DNA of 64,000 nt. Origin: an uncultured Staphylococcaceae bacterium (GTDB taxonomy: Bacteria; Bacillota_I; Bacilli_A; RFN20; CAG-826). The translations under genes and the position numbers were made by a program. The notes below the pieces were generated by a model. It saw nothing but the letters and a program-made list of their open reading frames with translations. It was not told the origin of the DNA and searched no databases. Below, in pieces: positions 24,406-33,603 of the stretch. Numbering within the stretch: position 1 is the stretch's first letter; the number at the start of each line of letters is the position of its first letter. The stretch is taken from assembly GCA_964392865.1 (NCBI GenBank), contig CAYMRJ010000001.1, positions 7,037 through 71,036 of the forward strand, written 5' to 3'.

Positions 24406-24993
24406 ATGAAGAAGGAAATCGTCCTCGCTAGCAACAATCCCGGGAAGGTCCGGGAGTTTCGGGAAATCCTTTCCCCGTTGGGTTACATCGTCTATTCCCC
24501 GAGCGACCTGAACGTCGATTTCGACCCGATCGAAGACGGAAAAGACTATAAGGAGAATGCCCTCATCAAGGCCAAGGCTTTGGAAGGGAAAGTCCCTTTC
24601 GACATCATCGCCGACGACTCCGGCCTCGAGATCGAAGACCTCGACGGCTTCCCCGGCCTCATCACCGCCAGATACCTCAAAAGCCAAGGATCCTTGGATA
24701 ACGTCCTGAAGGACCTTGAAACGAAGCTACCGCCAGATAGCAAAAGGCGCGCAAAATTCGTCTGCGTCCTCTGCCTCTTACAAAAAGGCCTCGCAAAACC
24801 CCTCTTTTTTGAAGGAATCTGCCCAGGCCATCTTCTGAAGGAACAAAGAGGGAGCGTCGGCTTCGGCTACGATCCGATCTTCCATAGCGACGAGCGCGAT
24901 CTCGACTTCGGGACGGCCTCGAAAGTCCAAAAGAACCTCGTCTCCCACCGCGGCAAGGCCCTCTACAAACTCGCTTTGTACCTCTCGATCTGA
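24406..24993 (+). CDS. rdgB: Non-canonical purine NTP pyrophosphatase (RdgB/HAM1)
   Basis: Start moved to ATG 24406 (MKKEIVLASNNPGKVREF), because the track ORF starts with a TTG inside tRNA-Gly. C-terminal SHRGKAL motif. Confidence 0.9.
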   Translation: MKKEIVLASNNPGKVREFREILSPLGYIVYSPSDLNVDFDPIEDGKDYKENALIKAKALEGKVPFDIIADDSGLEIEDLDGFPGLITARYLKSQGSLDNVLKDLETKLPPDSKRRAKFVCVLCLLQKGLAKPLFFEGICPGHLLKEQRGSVGFGYDPIFHSDERDLDFGTASKVQKNLVSHRGKALYKLALYLSI

Positions 24994-25020
24994 TTTTCTT
25001 TGCTACCATAGTTTCGACCT

Positions 25021-26451
25021 ATGGAACAAACCAAAAAGAAGTGGGGCGCGAGGAACTGGCTTTCGCTTATCCTCATCGGCCTCGTCGGCCAGCTTTCCTG
25101 GGCGATAGAAAACAATTACATCAACCTCTGGGTCTATTCGCAGACCTACGATACGACCTACGTCACATGGATGACGATCACAAGCGCTCTCGCCGCAACC
25201 GTCACCACCCTTTTGATGGGCGCCCTCAGCGACCGCCTCGGGAAAAGGAAGATCTTCATCGCCGGCGGCTACATCGCCTGGGGCCTTTCGGTTTTCCTCT
25301 TCGGCCTCATCTCCTATCGGAACATGCTGAATCTCGTGGGGGCCGCCATGGCCGTCACGATGGTCGGGACCTTCATGGTCCTGGCCGATATCCTCATGAC
25401 CTTCTTCGGCAGCACGGCCAACGATGCCGCCTTCAACGCCTACATCACCGATAAGACCAATTCCGAAAACCGCGGGAAGATCGAGGCGGTGAATTCGGTC
25501 CTGCCTTTGGTCGGGAACATCGTCATCGTCTTGGTGGCCGGCATCATGGGCTGCGCCGCCTATCCGACCGGGGAAACGGGCCTAAGCCTCGAAGAAAACG
25601 CCACCGCCCTAGAATCCAATTGGTTCTACTTCTTCCTCATCTTCGGGATCATCATCCTCGTCATGGGCGTGGCCTCTTTCTTCCTGCTTCCCAAGGAAGA
25701 AATCAAGCCGAACAAGGAAACGGCCTACTTCAGGCAGATCGCCTACGGCTTCCGCCCTAGCGTCGCCAAGGAAAACAAATCGCTCTACCTGGCCCTTCTC
25801 TCCTTCATGGCCTATAACTGCGCCATCCAGTCCTTCATGCCTTACTGGATGATCTATTTCCAGACCGATACTTCGCTTGGGGGTGCCGGCATCGGAACCG
25901 GCATCGAATACTATCTGGTCGTCGGCTCCATCTTGGTCATCGCCTCGGCTCTGACCGTCGTCACCGGCCTCTTCATGGATAAGATCGGTCGACTCAAATT
26001 GATACTTCCCGCTTTAGGTTTGACCGTCCTCGGTTTCCTTTTCATCTTCTTCTCGGGCTCAGCTTGGAGCATCGCCCTTTCCGGCATCGTCATGATGTTC
26101 GGCTATCTCCTTTCGACCGCCGTCCTCGGGGCCGAAATCCGCGACCTGACCCCGCAAGATCGGGTCGGGGCCTTCCAAGGCGTCCGCATGGTCTTCGTGG
26201 TCCTCATCCCAATGATCGTCGGGCCCCTTTGCGCCCAGGCCACCTTCAGCACCAACGATTCCTATGTCGATAGCTACGGCAAGACCGGAGGGGCCGTCCC
26301 CAACCGCTACATGTTCCTCGTGGCCATGGGCTTTGCCTTGCTATCGGTAATACCCGTCTTATTCCTCCTCCGCCAAAGGAAGGCCGAAAAGGCTGCTTCG
26401 CTGGTCTCTATCGCCGCTACGGAAGAGCCGGAAGAGACCCTCGAGAAATAG
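25021..26451 (+). CDS. MFS transporter
   Basis: 476 aa with about 12 TM segments. MFS loop motif GALSDRLGKRK between TM2 and TM3. Confidence 0.85.
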   Translation: MEQTKKKWGARNWLSLILIGLVGQLSWAIENNYINLWVYSQTYDTTYVTWMTITSALAATVTTLLMGALSDRLGKRKIFIAGGYIAWGLSVFLFGLISYRNMLNLVGAAMAVTMVGTFMVLADILMTFFGSTANDAAFNAYITDKTNSENRGKIEAVNSVLPLVGNIVIVLVAGIMGCAAYPTGETGLSLEENATALESNWFYFFLIFGIIILVMGVASFFLLPKEEIKPNKETAYFRQIAYGFRPSVAKENKSLYLALLSFMAYNCAIQSFMPYWMIYFQTDTSLGGAGIGTGIEYYLVVGSILVIASALTVVTGLFMDKIGRLKLILPALGLTVLGFLFIFFSGSAWSIALSGIVMMFGYLLSTAVLGAEIRDLTPQDRVGAFQGVRMVFVVLIPMIVGPLCAQATFSTNDSYVDSYGKTGGAVPNRYMFLVAMGFALLSVIPVLFLLRQRKAEKAASLVSIAATEEPEETLEK

Positions 26452-26533
26452 ACCTCTTTTCTAGAGAAAAGCCCATTTGCTAGAGCGCTTGCACTGGCGT
26501 ATATTATGGAAGCGCTAAAGGAAGCGACCCCCT

Positions 26534-27013
26534 ATGAGAAAAAGCAACAACACGAAATTGATGATCGGCCTCTTGGCCTTCGTTTGCGGCCTTTTGGCCG
26601 TTTTGTTCTGGTTCGGCCGGGCCTTCGACGACGAAGGCGAAGGCAATAACCTCCTGCAGATCGCCTTCTGCATCGAAGACCATGGCTATGTGACCGTCTG
26701 GGCCCTTGTCGCGGCCTTCGTCCTCCTCGGCGTCGGGACCATCCTGACGCTCGTCGTCCCCTTCTTCAACAAGAAGGGCGGGAAGATCGGGGCCCTCATC
26801 GCCTTCGCCTGCCTGCTTGCCGGCGGGATCATGACCCTCCTCACCAAGCAGTTCTTCCTCTCGGCCAACATGCCGGCAACCGGGGAACAGTGGAACGACT
26901 TCGGCCTCGGCTACGGGACCATCGTCTCCGGTATCTTCGCCTTCATCGCCGCCTTGCTCTGCCTCTTGCTCATGAGGCAGGCCAGCGACAACGTCAACGA
27001 TTACGACGACTAA
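26534..27013 (+). CDS. Small integral membrane protein (4 TM), unknown function
   Basis: ORF track. AAAGGAAG lies 9 nt upstream. Confidence 0.7.
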   Translation: MRKSNNTKLMIGLLAFVCGLLAVLFWFGRAFDDEGEGNNLLQIAFCIEDHGYVTVWALVAAFVLLGVGTILTLVVPFFNKKGGKIGALIAFACLLAGGIMTLLTKQFFLSANMPATGEQWNDFGLGYGTIVSGIFAFIAALLCLLLMRQASDNVNDYDD

Positions 27014-27022
27014 GCTCTCGGA

Positions 27023-27475
27023 TCAATGACCATCAAGCCCCTTAGGGGCTTTTTTGTTCCAACCGTTTCTAATATAGGCCAACTCTATTTCCTTCACGCA
27101 GGTCGCTAGATCCTTTTCGATCATCCGGCCCCAGAAGCGGAGGACGGTGTAGCCTTTCTTCTTGAGTTCCATATCGACTTCGAGATCTCGTTCGATGTTC
27201 CGCTTTATCTTTGGAATCCAATATTCCCGGTTCCATTTGATCTTCTTCTCGTTGATATTGAAGAGATAGCCATGCCAGAACTCGGAGTCGCAGAAGACGG
27301 CGACTTTGTATTTCTGGCTCGATAGATCGGGGTGCCCCGGTACCTTCTTGCTATAAAGGCGATAGGGAATCCCGGCCTCGTAACAGGCCTTCCTAAGTTT
27401 CATTTCGAGCCCGGTGTCTTTGCCTTTGATGCGGCTCATGGTCTTGGACACGCTAGCGGGATCGAGATGGTTCAT
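27023..27475 (-). CDS. vsr: Very-short-patch repair endonuclease
   Basis: SRIKGKDTGLEMKLRK, PGHPDL and VFCDSEFWHG blocks match the Vsr family. Confidence 0.85.
   Translation of the reverse strand: MNHLDPASVSKTMSRIKGKDTGLEMKLRKACYEAGIPYRLYSKKVPGHPDLSSQKYKVAVFCDSEFWHGYLFNINEKKIKWNREYWIPKIKRNIERDLEVDMELKKKGYTVLRFWGRMIEKDLATCVKEIELAYIRNGWNKKAPKGLDGH
27035..27056 (+). terminator. Intrinsic terminator for 26534..27013, embedded in the vsr 3' coding end
   Basis: AAGCCCC-tta-GGGGCTT followed by TTTTTG. Confidence 0.6.
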
Positions 27476-27515
27476 GCTTTTTAACCTTGTGTAATTTCAT
27501 ATAAGATACGTCCCG

Positions 27516-28055
27516 ATGGTTTCGATACGCAAAGGAATGCCGCAAGACCTAGAGGGCGTCATGAAGCTTTTCCGGCGGGGCCTCGTCTCCCTCCACGAAG
27601 AGGGAAACGATATGTATGACTACGGCTACCCGACCGAAGAAGACTATAAGACCGATCTCGAGGAAGGCCGCGCCTTCCTCATCAAGGAAAAGGGGCGGAT
27701 CGTCGCCTACGTTTCTTATGACAGAAACCTCAAGGGATCCTTCTTCCCCAATAGCCCGGACGAAAAGGGCGTCTACGAAATGCTCGACGAAATCGGCTAC
27801 AAGGGGGAGGAAGAGGTCATTATCCTCCACCGCCTATTGGTCGATCCTTCCTGCCGAAGGAGCGGTTACGCCCACATGCTCATGATGGATTTCATGGCAA
27901 GGTTCAAAGGGAAATTGCTTGTCTTGGCCGTCTACCATAAATCGAAGGCAGCCATGAGGTTCTACGAAAAGCTGAACCTCAAAAACCACGGGACCTGGGA
28001 TTTCGATTACGGCCTCTCCATCGGGCCTTTCTATCTCTTCAGCAAATACCTTTAG
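27516..28055 (+). CDS. GNAT family N-acetyltransferase
   Basis: Acetyl-CoA-binding region LLVDPSCRRSGYAHMLM and C-terminal AMRFYEKLNL. Confidence 0.8.
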   Translation: MVSIRKGMPQDLEGVMKLFRRGLVSLHEEGNDMYDYGYPTEEDYKTDLEEGRAFLIKEKGRIVAYVSYDRNLKGSFFPNSPDEKGVYEMLDEIGYKGEEEVIILHRLLVDPSCRRSGYAHMLMMDFMARFKGKLLVLAVYHKSKAAMRFYEKLNLKNHGTWDFDYGLSIGPFYLFSKYL

Positions 28056-29779
28056 GCGAACTGGGCGCTATAGAGTTCGTAGTAGAAGCCCTTCTTGGCC
28101 ATAAGCTGCTTGTGGTTCCCTTGCTCCACGATCTTGCCCTTTTTCATGACGACGATGAGGTCGCTATGGACGATGGTCGAAAGGCGGTGGGCCACGACCA
28201 CCGAAGTCCGGCCTTCCATGAAGGCATCGAAGCCTTTCTTGAGGAGCGATTCGGTATGGAGGTCGATGTTGCTGGTGGCTTCGTCAAGAATGACGATATC
28301 GGGCGAAATCAGCATGGCCCTGGCCAAGCAGATGAGCTGCTTTTCGCCGACCGATAAGGAAGAGGCCCGGCCGATTTCCGTATCGTAGCCATGCTCGAGG
28401 CGGCGGATGAACCCGTCGGCCAAAGCCAGCTTGGCGGCCGCTTCGATTTCTTCCCTCGTCGCTTCGGGCCGGCCGTAGGCGATATTCTCGGCCACCGTCC
28501 CTTCGAAGATCCAGGGTTCCTGGAGGACGGCGCTGACCTTCTTCCTAAGAGCCTTCTTCGGGACTTCGGTCGCATCGACATCATCGAATTTGATGGAACC
28601 GCTTTGGGGATCGTAGAAACGGAGCAATAGATTGATGAGGGTCGTCTTCCCGCAGCCGGTCGGCCCGACTAGAGCGATCCTATGCCGCGGATATACTTCG
28701 AGATTGAAGTCTTCCAGGACCTTCTGCCCTTCGACGTAGCCGAAATCGAGGTGCTCGAAATTGATGGTTTCGATGGAGGCCGGGAGTTCCTTCTTCCCTT
28801 CGTCGGTGTCCTTGGGGAGATTGAGCAAATAGCGGACGCGCTTGATGCTGGCCGTAGCCGTCGAGATCTCGCTTCTTACCTCGGCGATTTCGTTGAAGGG
28901 CGTCATGTAGGAATGGGCGTATGTAAGGAAGGAGGAGAGGCCGCCGATGGTGAAGACGATGCCGAAATCGCGCTGGCTTAATAGCATAGCGACCCCGGCC
29001 ATGATGACGACACCGTAGATGATATTGTTGACCAGACGCGTCGCCGGATTGATGAAGGAGGCCATAAGCATCGACTTGAAGCCCGAATCCCTTTGCTTCT
29101 CGGCGATCTCGAGGAAGCCTTCTTCCCTTTGCTTCTGGGCCCCGAGGCTTTTGATCGAGGCGCTTAGATACATGTCTTCTTCGATATAGCCACCGAGATC
29201 GCTGGCATTGGCGGCCTGGGCCTTGAAGTACTTGGAATTCCTCTTCGAGATGGAGCGGCTAACGAAAACCGATAGGGGCGTCAGGATGATGACGATGATG
29301 GTCAGAACGTAGTTCACGCTCAGCATGAAGCCGAGGGTGAAGAGAAGGCAGACAATCCCGTCATAGAGGGTAGCCAATCCTTGGACCAAGCCGGTTTTGA
29401 CGTTTTCGACATCGACGTCGAGGGTATGGATGATCTGGCCTTTTTCGAGCTTATCGAGATCGGAGATCTTGGCGTGCAGCAAATGCTTGTAAGTGAGGTC
29501 TCTCATCGAATGGGTGACGTATTCCCCTAGCCTCATCGTCAATTGGTCAAAGAAGTAGCGGAACACCGATCCGACGAGGACGAGCGACACCATGATGGTC
29601 AGGTAAAATCCCATCACTTCGACGTTGAAGCCTTCGTCGATGATGTAGTCGATGGCAACGCCGGCAATATAGGGGACGGAAAGGCGGCAGCCGGCCGAAA
29701 CGAAAGCGCAGACCAAAGAGAGGATGACGAAGTTCTTCTTTTCCTTCAAAAAGGGCCAGATGACCTTGAACGCTTTCAT
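28052..29779 (-). CDS. ABC exporter, fused permease/ATPase (subunit with consensus NBD and degenerate signature)
   Basis: Start moved to ATG 29779 (MKAFKVIWPF), an ATGA overlap with the upstream stop, AAGGAGG upstream. Walker A GPTGCGKTT, Walker B IVILDEATS, switch AHRLST, but the signature is LSVGEKQ. Confidence 0.9.
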   Translation of the reverse strand: MKAFKVIWPFLKEKKNFVILSLVCAFVSAGCRLSVPYIAGVAIDYIIDEGFNVEVMGFYLTIMVSLVLVGSVFRYFFDQLTMRLGEYVTHSMRDLTYKHLLHAKISDLDKLEKGQIIHTLDVDVENVKTGLVQGLATLYDGIVCLLFTLGFMLSVNYVLTIIVIILTPLSVFVSRSISKRNSKYFKAQAANASDLGGYIEEDMYLSASIKSLGAQKQREEGFLEIAEKQRDSGFKSMLMASFINPATRLVNNIIYGVVIMAGVAMLLSQRDFGIVFTIGGLSSFLTYAHSYMTPFNEIAEVRSEISTATASIKRVRYLLNLPKDTDEGKKELPASIETINFEHLDFGYVEGQKVLEDFNLEVYPRHRIALVGPTGCGKTTLINLLLRFYDPQSGSIKFDDVDATEVPKKALRKKVSAVLQEPWIFEGTVAENIAYGRPEATREEIEAAAKLALADGFIRRLEHGYDTEIGRASSLSVGEKQLICLARAMLISPDIVILDEATSNIDLHTESLLKKGFDAFMEGRTSVVVAHRLSTIVHSDLIVVMKKGKIVEQGNHKQLMAKKGFYYELYSAQFA

Positions 29780-31485
29780 GAGGCCTCCTTCTGCGTCTTG
29801 TCGATTTCCGCGTAAAGCGGGCATGTTTTCATCAAATCGCCGTGTTTTCCGCGCCCAATGATGCGTCCGTGGTCGAGAACGAGAATCTCATCGCAATTAA
29901 CCAAGGACGAGGTCCTCTGCGAAATGGTGATGATGGAAGAATCTACCAGGGAATCGAGGTTTTCCCGGACGGTCTTTTCGCTAAGGTAATCGAGGGCCGA
30001 AAGGCAGTCGTCGAGGATGATGACCTTGGGTCGTCCGAGGAAGGCACGGGCCAAGGAAAGCCTCTGCCTTTGGCCGCCCGATAGATCGGTGCCGCCTTCG
30101 GTCACGACGTGGTCGAGGTCGTCTTCGAATTCGCTCACGAATTCATAGGCCAAGGATTTCTTCAAGGCTTCGATCATCTCTTCATCCCCGGCATCGGGAT
30201 GGCCGTAGGCCAGGTTCTGCCTGATCGTTCCGCGGAAGATGGCGGGCTTCTGGGTAATGAGGGTCACGTCTTTCCTAAGGGTCTCTTCCCCGTAGTCTTT
30301 CAAAGAGACGCCCCCGAGTCTGATTTCGCCCTCATTGGTTTCCAAGGAACGAGCCAAGAGATTGGCCAAGGTCGATTTGCCCGAACCGGTCCCGCCGATG
30401 ATGCCGAGGCGATCGCCCTGCTTAAGATTGAAGGAGATGCCTTCCAAGGCATTTTCGCCACCATAGGTGAAGGCAAGGTTATCGACTTCCAGAGTCCCGT
30501 GTTCTTCGCCGGTCCCCGTCCCTTCGTGGACATAGGAAGGTTTGAGACTAAGGAAGGCATCGAGGCGCCTTTTGGAACCGCCGGCCTTGTTCAGGCTTTC
30601 GATGAGGCGGGCGAACATCGTAAGGCTGGCGAGGGAGGATGTGAGATAGCCGACGAGCGAAACGATGTTCCCGGTCGTCATGATGGCGTCTTCCCCGGTC
30701 GAGTAGAAGCCGCCAAGATAGACGATGAAGGCCAAGGCAAGATAGACGAAGGCGAAGGTCAGGGGGTTGACCAAGGCGTTGATGTTCCCGAGGGAAATGC
30801 TCTTCTTCTTGTATTCGCTGGCGACCTCGTCGTACTTCTTCTCTTCCTCTTTGACTTTCCCGTAGGCATAGACGCTTCTGATGCCGGTAAGAGCATCGCC
30901 GGAAACGACGGCCATCTGGTCGAGGCTATTCTGGATCCGGACGTAGCGCCTCGGCGAATGATGGAGGACCAAAAGGATGACGATGGAAGATAAACCGAGG
31001 GCCGCAAGGAAGATGAGGCCGGACTGCCAGTTGATGTAGAAGGAAAGGATGAGGGAACCGAGGATGATAAGCGGCGATCTAACAAAGAGGCGCATATACA
31101 TCGCCACCCCGCTTTGGAGGTTTTGGGCATCGCTCCCGAAGAGGTTGATGATCTTCCCTTTGCCGTAGCGGTCCAGATCGCCTTCGGATAGCTCTTCGGT
31201 TTTCTTGTAGAGCCCTCTTCTTAGGTCATAGCCGAAATCGGCGCTCACGCGACTGGCTAGATACTGGGTCACCATCGTCGTAAGGAAGCCGAGGACGGCG
31301 AAAATCAGGATGACGCCGGCTAGGGTATAGGCCAAAGCGGCATCGCCTAGGGCAATGCCGTAGTCGATGATGTAGGCGACCAGAAACGGCGTCATCAATT
31401 CGAAAACGACTTCGAAGGCCTTCATGCAAGGAGCCAGGATGGCCTTGGCCCTATAAGGCTTGATGTAGCTTAGGGATGGGCCCAT
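29776..31485 (-). CDS. ABC exporter, fused permease/ATPase (subunit with degenerate NBD and canonical signature)
   Basis: Walker A GGTGSGKST, signature LSGGQRQR. Walker B is VIILDDC (catalytic Glu replaced by Asp) and the switch region is ISQRTSS (His replaced by Gln). Confidence 0.9.
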   Translation of the reverse strand: MGPSLSYIKPYRAKAILAPCMKAFEVVFELMTPFLVAYIIDYGIALGDAALAYTLAGVILIFAVLGFLTTMVTQYLASRVSADFGYDLRRGLYKKTEELSEGDLDRYGKGKIINLFGSDAQNLQSGVAMYMRLFVRSPLIILGSLILSFYINWQSGLIFLAALGLSSIVILLVLHHSPRRYVRIQNSLDQMAVVSGDALTGIRSVYAYGKVKEEEKKYDEVASEYKKKSISLGNINALVNPLTFAFVYLALAFIVYLGGFYSTGEDAIMTTGNIVSLVGYLTSSLASLTMFARLIESLNKAGGSKRRLDAFLSLKPSYVHEGTGTGEEHGTLEVDNLAFTYGGENALEGISFNLKQGDRLGIIGGTGSGKSTLANLLARSLETNEGEIRLGGVSLKDYGEETLRKDVTLITQKPAIFRGTIRQNLAYGHPDAGDEEMIEALKKSLAYEFVSEFEDDLDHVVTEGGTDLSGGQRQRLSLARAFLGRPKVIILDDCLSALDYLSEKTVRENLDSLVDSSIITISQRTSSLVNCDEILVLDHGRIIGRGKHGDLMKTCPLYAEIDKTQKEAS

Positions 31486-31486
31486 A

Positions 31487-32893
31487 TCAGGCAGCCGAGC
31501 CTCTCTTCTTCTCGGCTTTGCTAGGAATGGGAGGTTCTTCTTCGAACTTCAATTCGCAGACGATTTCCGGTTCGCCTTGTTGGCCATAGGCGTAGAAGCG
31601 AAGTTCCAAGGGACGCCACTCGACAAAGTCGAAATGGGTGGCCTTCGTGAACTTGGCCGAAGAGACGTGTTCGAAGTCCCAGCGGATCGGGCCTTCGACG
31701 AAATCGGAAAAGACCGATTCGATGTCGATGATGATGAAAGGAAGACGCCCGTTCCCGATCTCGACGCTGAAGGTCTTGGATTCATTGTCGTAGGTCGGAT
31801 TCATGAAAGTGCTCTTCCCACGAAGGATGGCCAAAGCCTCTTCCCCATCGGGTTCGGCGCTATCTTCGTAGGTCCTGAAATCATAGACCGGTTCGGCCCT
31901 CCCGAAGCCTTCCTCGGAAGCGAGATCGTCGATGCTTAGAAGGGTCGCTCCGAATTCCCCGAAGATCGAATAGCATTCCTTGTCGTCCAGCTCTTCGTAG
32001 CGGAAAGCCAGATCGGCCAAGAGATAGAAGCGGAGGGCGGCATCGGGATTCTTCTCCATGGCGAGGCCATAGCGGTACATGTTGGCGAGACGGTAGCAAA
32101 GGTGTCCGAAGATGCCGTAATAGGCGCCTTTGGAAACATAGAAGGAAGAATAGGCATCGCTATATAGCGACTCGATGATACTATAGGCGAATTCGACGTC
32201 CTTCTTGACCCCGAATCCGTAGAGGTACATGTCACTGATGAAGAGGGCAGCCATCTTGCTCCCGAGAGCCATGGCCTTGGAAAAGCATTCGAAGGCTTTC
32301 TTGTAATTGGCCGGTCCTTTTATGAGGCCATGGAGATAGATGTATCCGAGATGGACATGGGCGGCCGGATCGGTCAAAAGCGCATCGCTGGAGAAGTATT
32401 TTGCGGCTTTTTCGAAGTCGGTGAAGTGGAATTCGTTGGGGATCATCATCTCGGTTGCGAGCCTAAAGCAGCAATCGGCATCGCCCATATCGGCCCGCAT
32501 CTCGAGGTAATGGAGATAGAGGGCATCGTTGGCTTTCTTCCTGGTGATCTCCCCCGATTCGTAGCGGTCCAAATACTTGTCGATGGCCTCGGGGTTGTTC
32601 TTCATGTACTTGTCGTCGTAAAGGGCCTTGTTCACTTCTCTAAGGCGATCGTGGGTGATATCGAGCTCCGAAGCATCGCCGATGACGCTGGCCATCCCGC
32701 ACTCCGGGCAGATGGCCGTCACCCCTTCTTCTTCGCTATGCCAGTCCTTGATGTCCCTGGCCGAAAAGTGGCTGCGGCAGAAAAGGCACGCGGCATCCTT
32801 GCTTTGGAGGATCTCGATTTCGTTGTCCTTGCTATGTTTGGCGTAGGCTTCGAGTGCTTTCTTATCCATAAGAGGCGGGCTGAATTTTACCAT
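31487..32893 (-). CDS. Zn-ribbon + Sel1-like repeat protein, unknown function
   Basis: N-terminal CLFC...CPEC (4-Cys ribbon). Central Sel1/TPR-like repeats (HLGYIYLHGLIKGPANYKKAFECFSKA, DMYLYGFGVKKDVEFAY). Unassigned beta-rich C-domain. Stop lies 1 nt before the ABC ATG. Confidence 0.7.
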   Translation of the reverse strand: MVKFSPPLMDKKALEAYAKHSKDNEIEILQSKDAACLFCRSHFSARDIKDWHSEEEGVTAICPECGMASVIGDASELDITHDRLREVNKALYDDKYMKNNPEAIDKYLDRYESGEITRKKANDALYLHYLEMRADMGDADCCFRLATEMMIPNEFHFTDFEKAAKYFSSDALLTDPAAHVHLGYIYLHGLIKGPANYKKAFECFSKAMALGSKMAALFISDMYLYGFGVKKDVEFAYSIIESLYSDAYSSFYVSKGAYYGIFGHLCYRLANMYRYGLAMEKNPDAALRFYLLADLAFRYEELDDKECYSIFGEFGATLLSIDDLASEEGFGRAEPVYDFRTYEDSAEPDGEEALAILRGKSTFMNPTYDNESKTFSVEIGNGRLPFIIIDIESVFSDFVEGPIRWDFEHVSSAKFTKATHFDFVEWRPLELRFYAYGQQGEPEIVCELKFEEEPPIPSKAEKKRGSAA

Positions 32894-32896
32894 TGC

Positions 32897-33526
32897 CTAG
32901 AGAAATAGGAAGACGATAGGGCATAGCCCTAAGAGAACCGGCAGGAGATAGCCGATGCTCACCCGATAGGCGATGTTCTTGCCTTTCGGCCAATCGTTCA
33001 GGAAGTAGATGAGGGTGGCGGCCGCGACCGGGATGAAGAGCAAAGTCGCCGCCCCTTGGAAGCCCGTATCGTAGCTAAGGATCGAGCAGCAGATGACGAT
33101 GAAAAGAAGGAGCAAGGCCATCCCTGCGTTCCTGATGGCGCGCCAGCTCTTGGTGGCCCCATCGTCTTTCCAGGCATTCTCTTTGAAGAAGGGGATGACG
33201 ACACCGTAGCAGATGACGAAGATGGCGAGCCCGAGATAGAAGCTATAAGGTTCCCCGTAGCCGTAGCCGATGATCCCTAGGCATAGGTAGAGGAAGCAAT
33301 AAAGGGCGATATGGAAGATCAGGCCCCTAATGGCCATGAGCTTCGGGACGAAGGCCCCGAGGAAGCGGATGAAAGAGGCAAGGAACAAGACGAAGCAGGC
33401 GGCGGCAGCCACATACCTATCGACGGCCCCTTGGTAGGAACAAAGAACGATGCCAACGGCAAGGCTCAGCAAAGAGAGAAGCAGATAGAGCAGGCTTAGG
33501 GCCTTAGAATCCCCTGAGACATCCAT
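32897..33526 (-). CDS. Integral membrane protein (about 6 TM), unknown function
   Basis: ORF track. TATAGT lies 8 nt upstream of the ATG. Stop lies 3 nt before the Sel1 gene start. Confidence 0.7.
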   Translation of the reverse strand: MDVSGDSKALSLLYLLLSLLSLAVGIVLCSYQGAVDRYVAAAACFVLFLASFIRFLGAFVPKLMAIRGLIFHIALYCFLYLCLGIIGYGYGEPYSFYLGLAIFVICYGVVIPFFKENAWKDDGATKSWRAIRNAGMALLLLFIVICCSILSYDTGFQGAATLLFIPVAAATLIYFLNDWPKGKNIAYRVSIGYLLPVLLGLCPIVFLFL

Positions 33527-33603
33527 CGGCGATTACTATAATATTTAGCGTGCCGGCGAGAAAGCCGATTTCTCTATAAGAGAAGAGGCGCCGGCAAAGC
33601 ACG

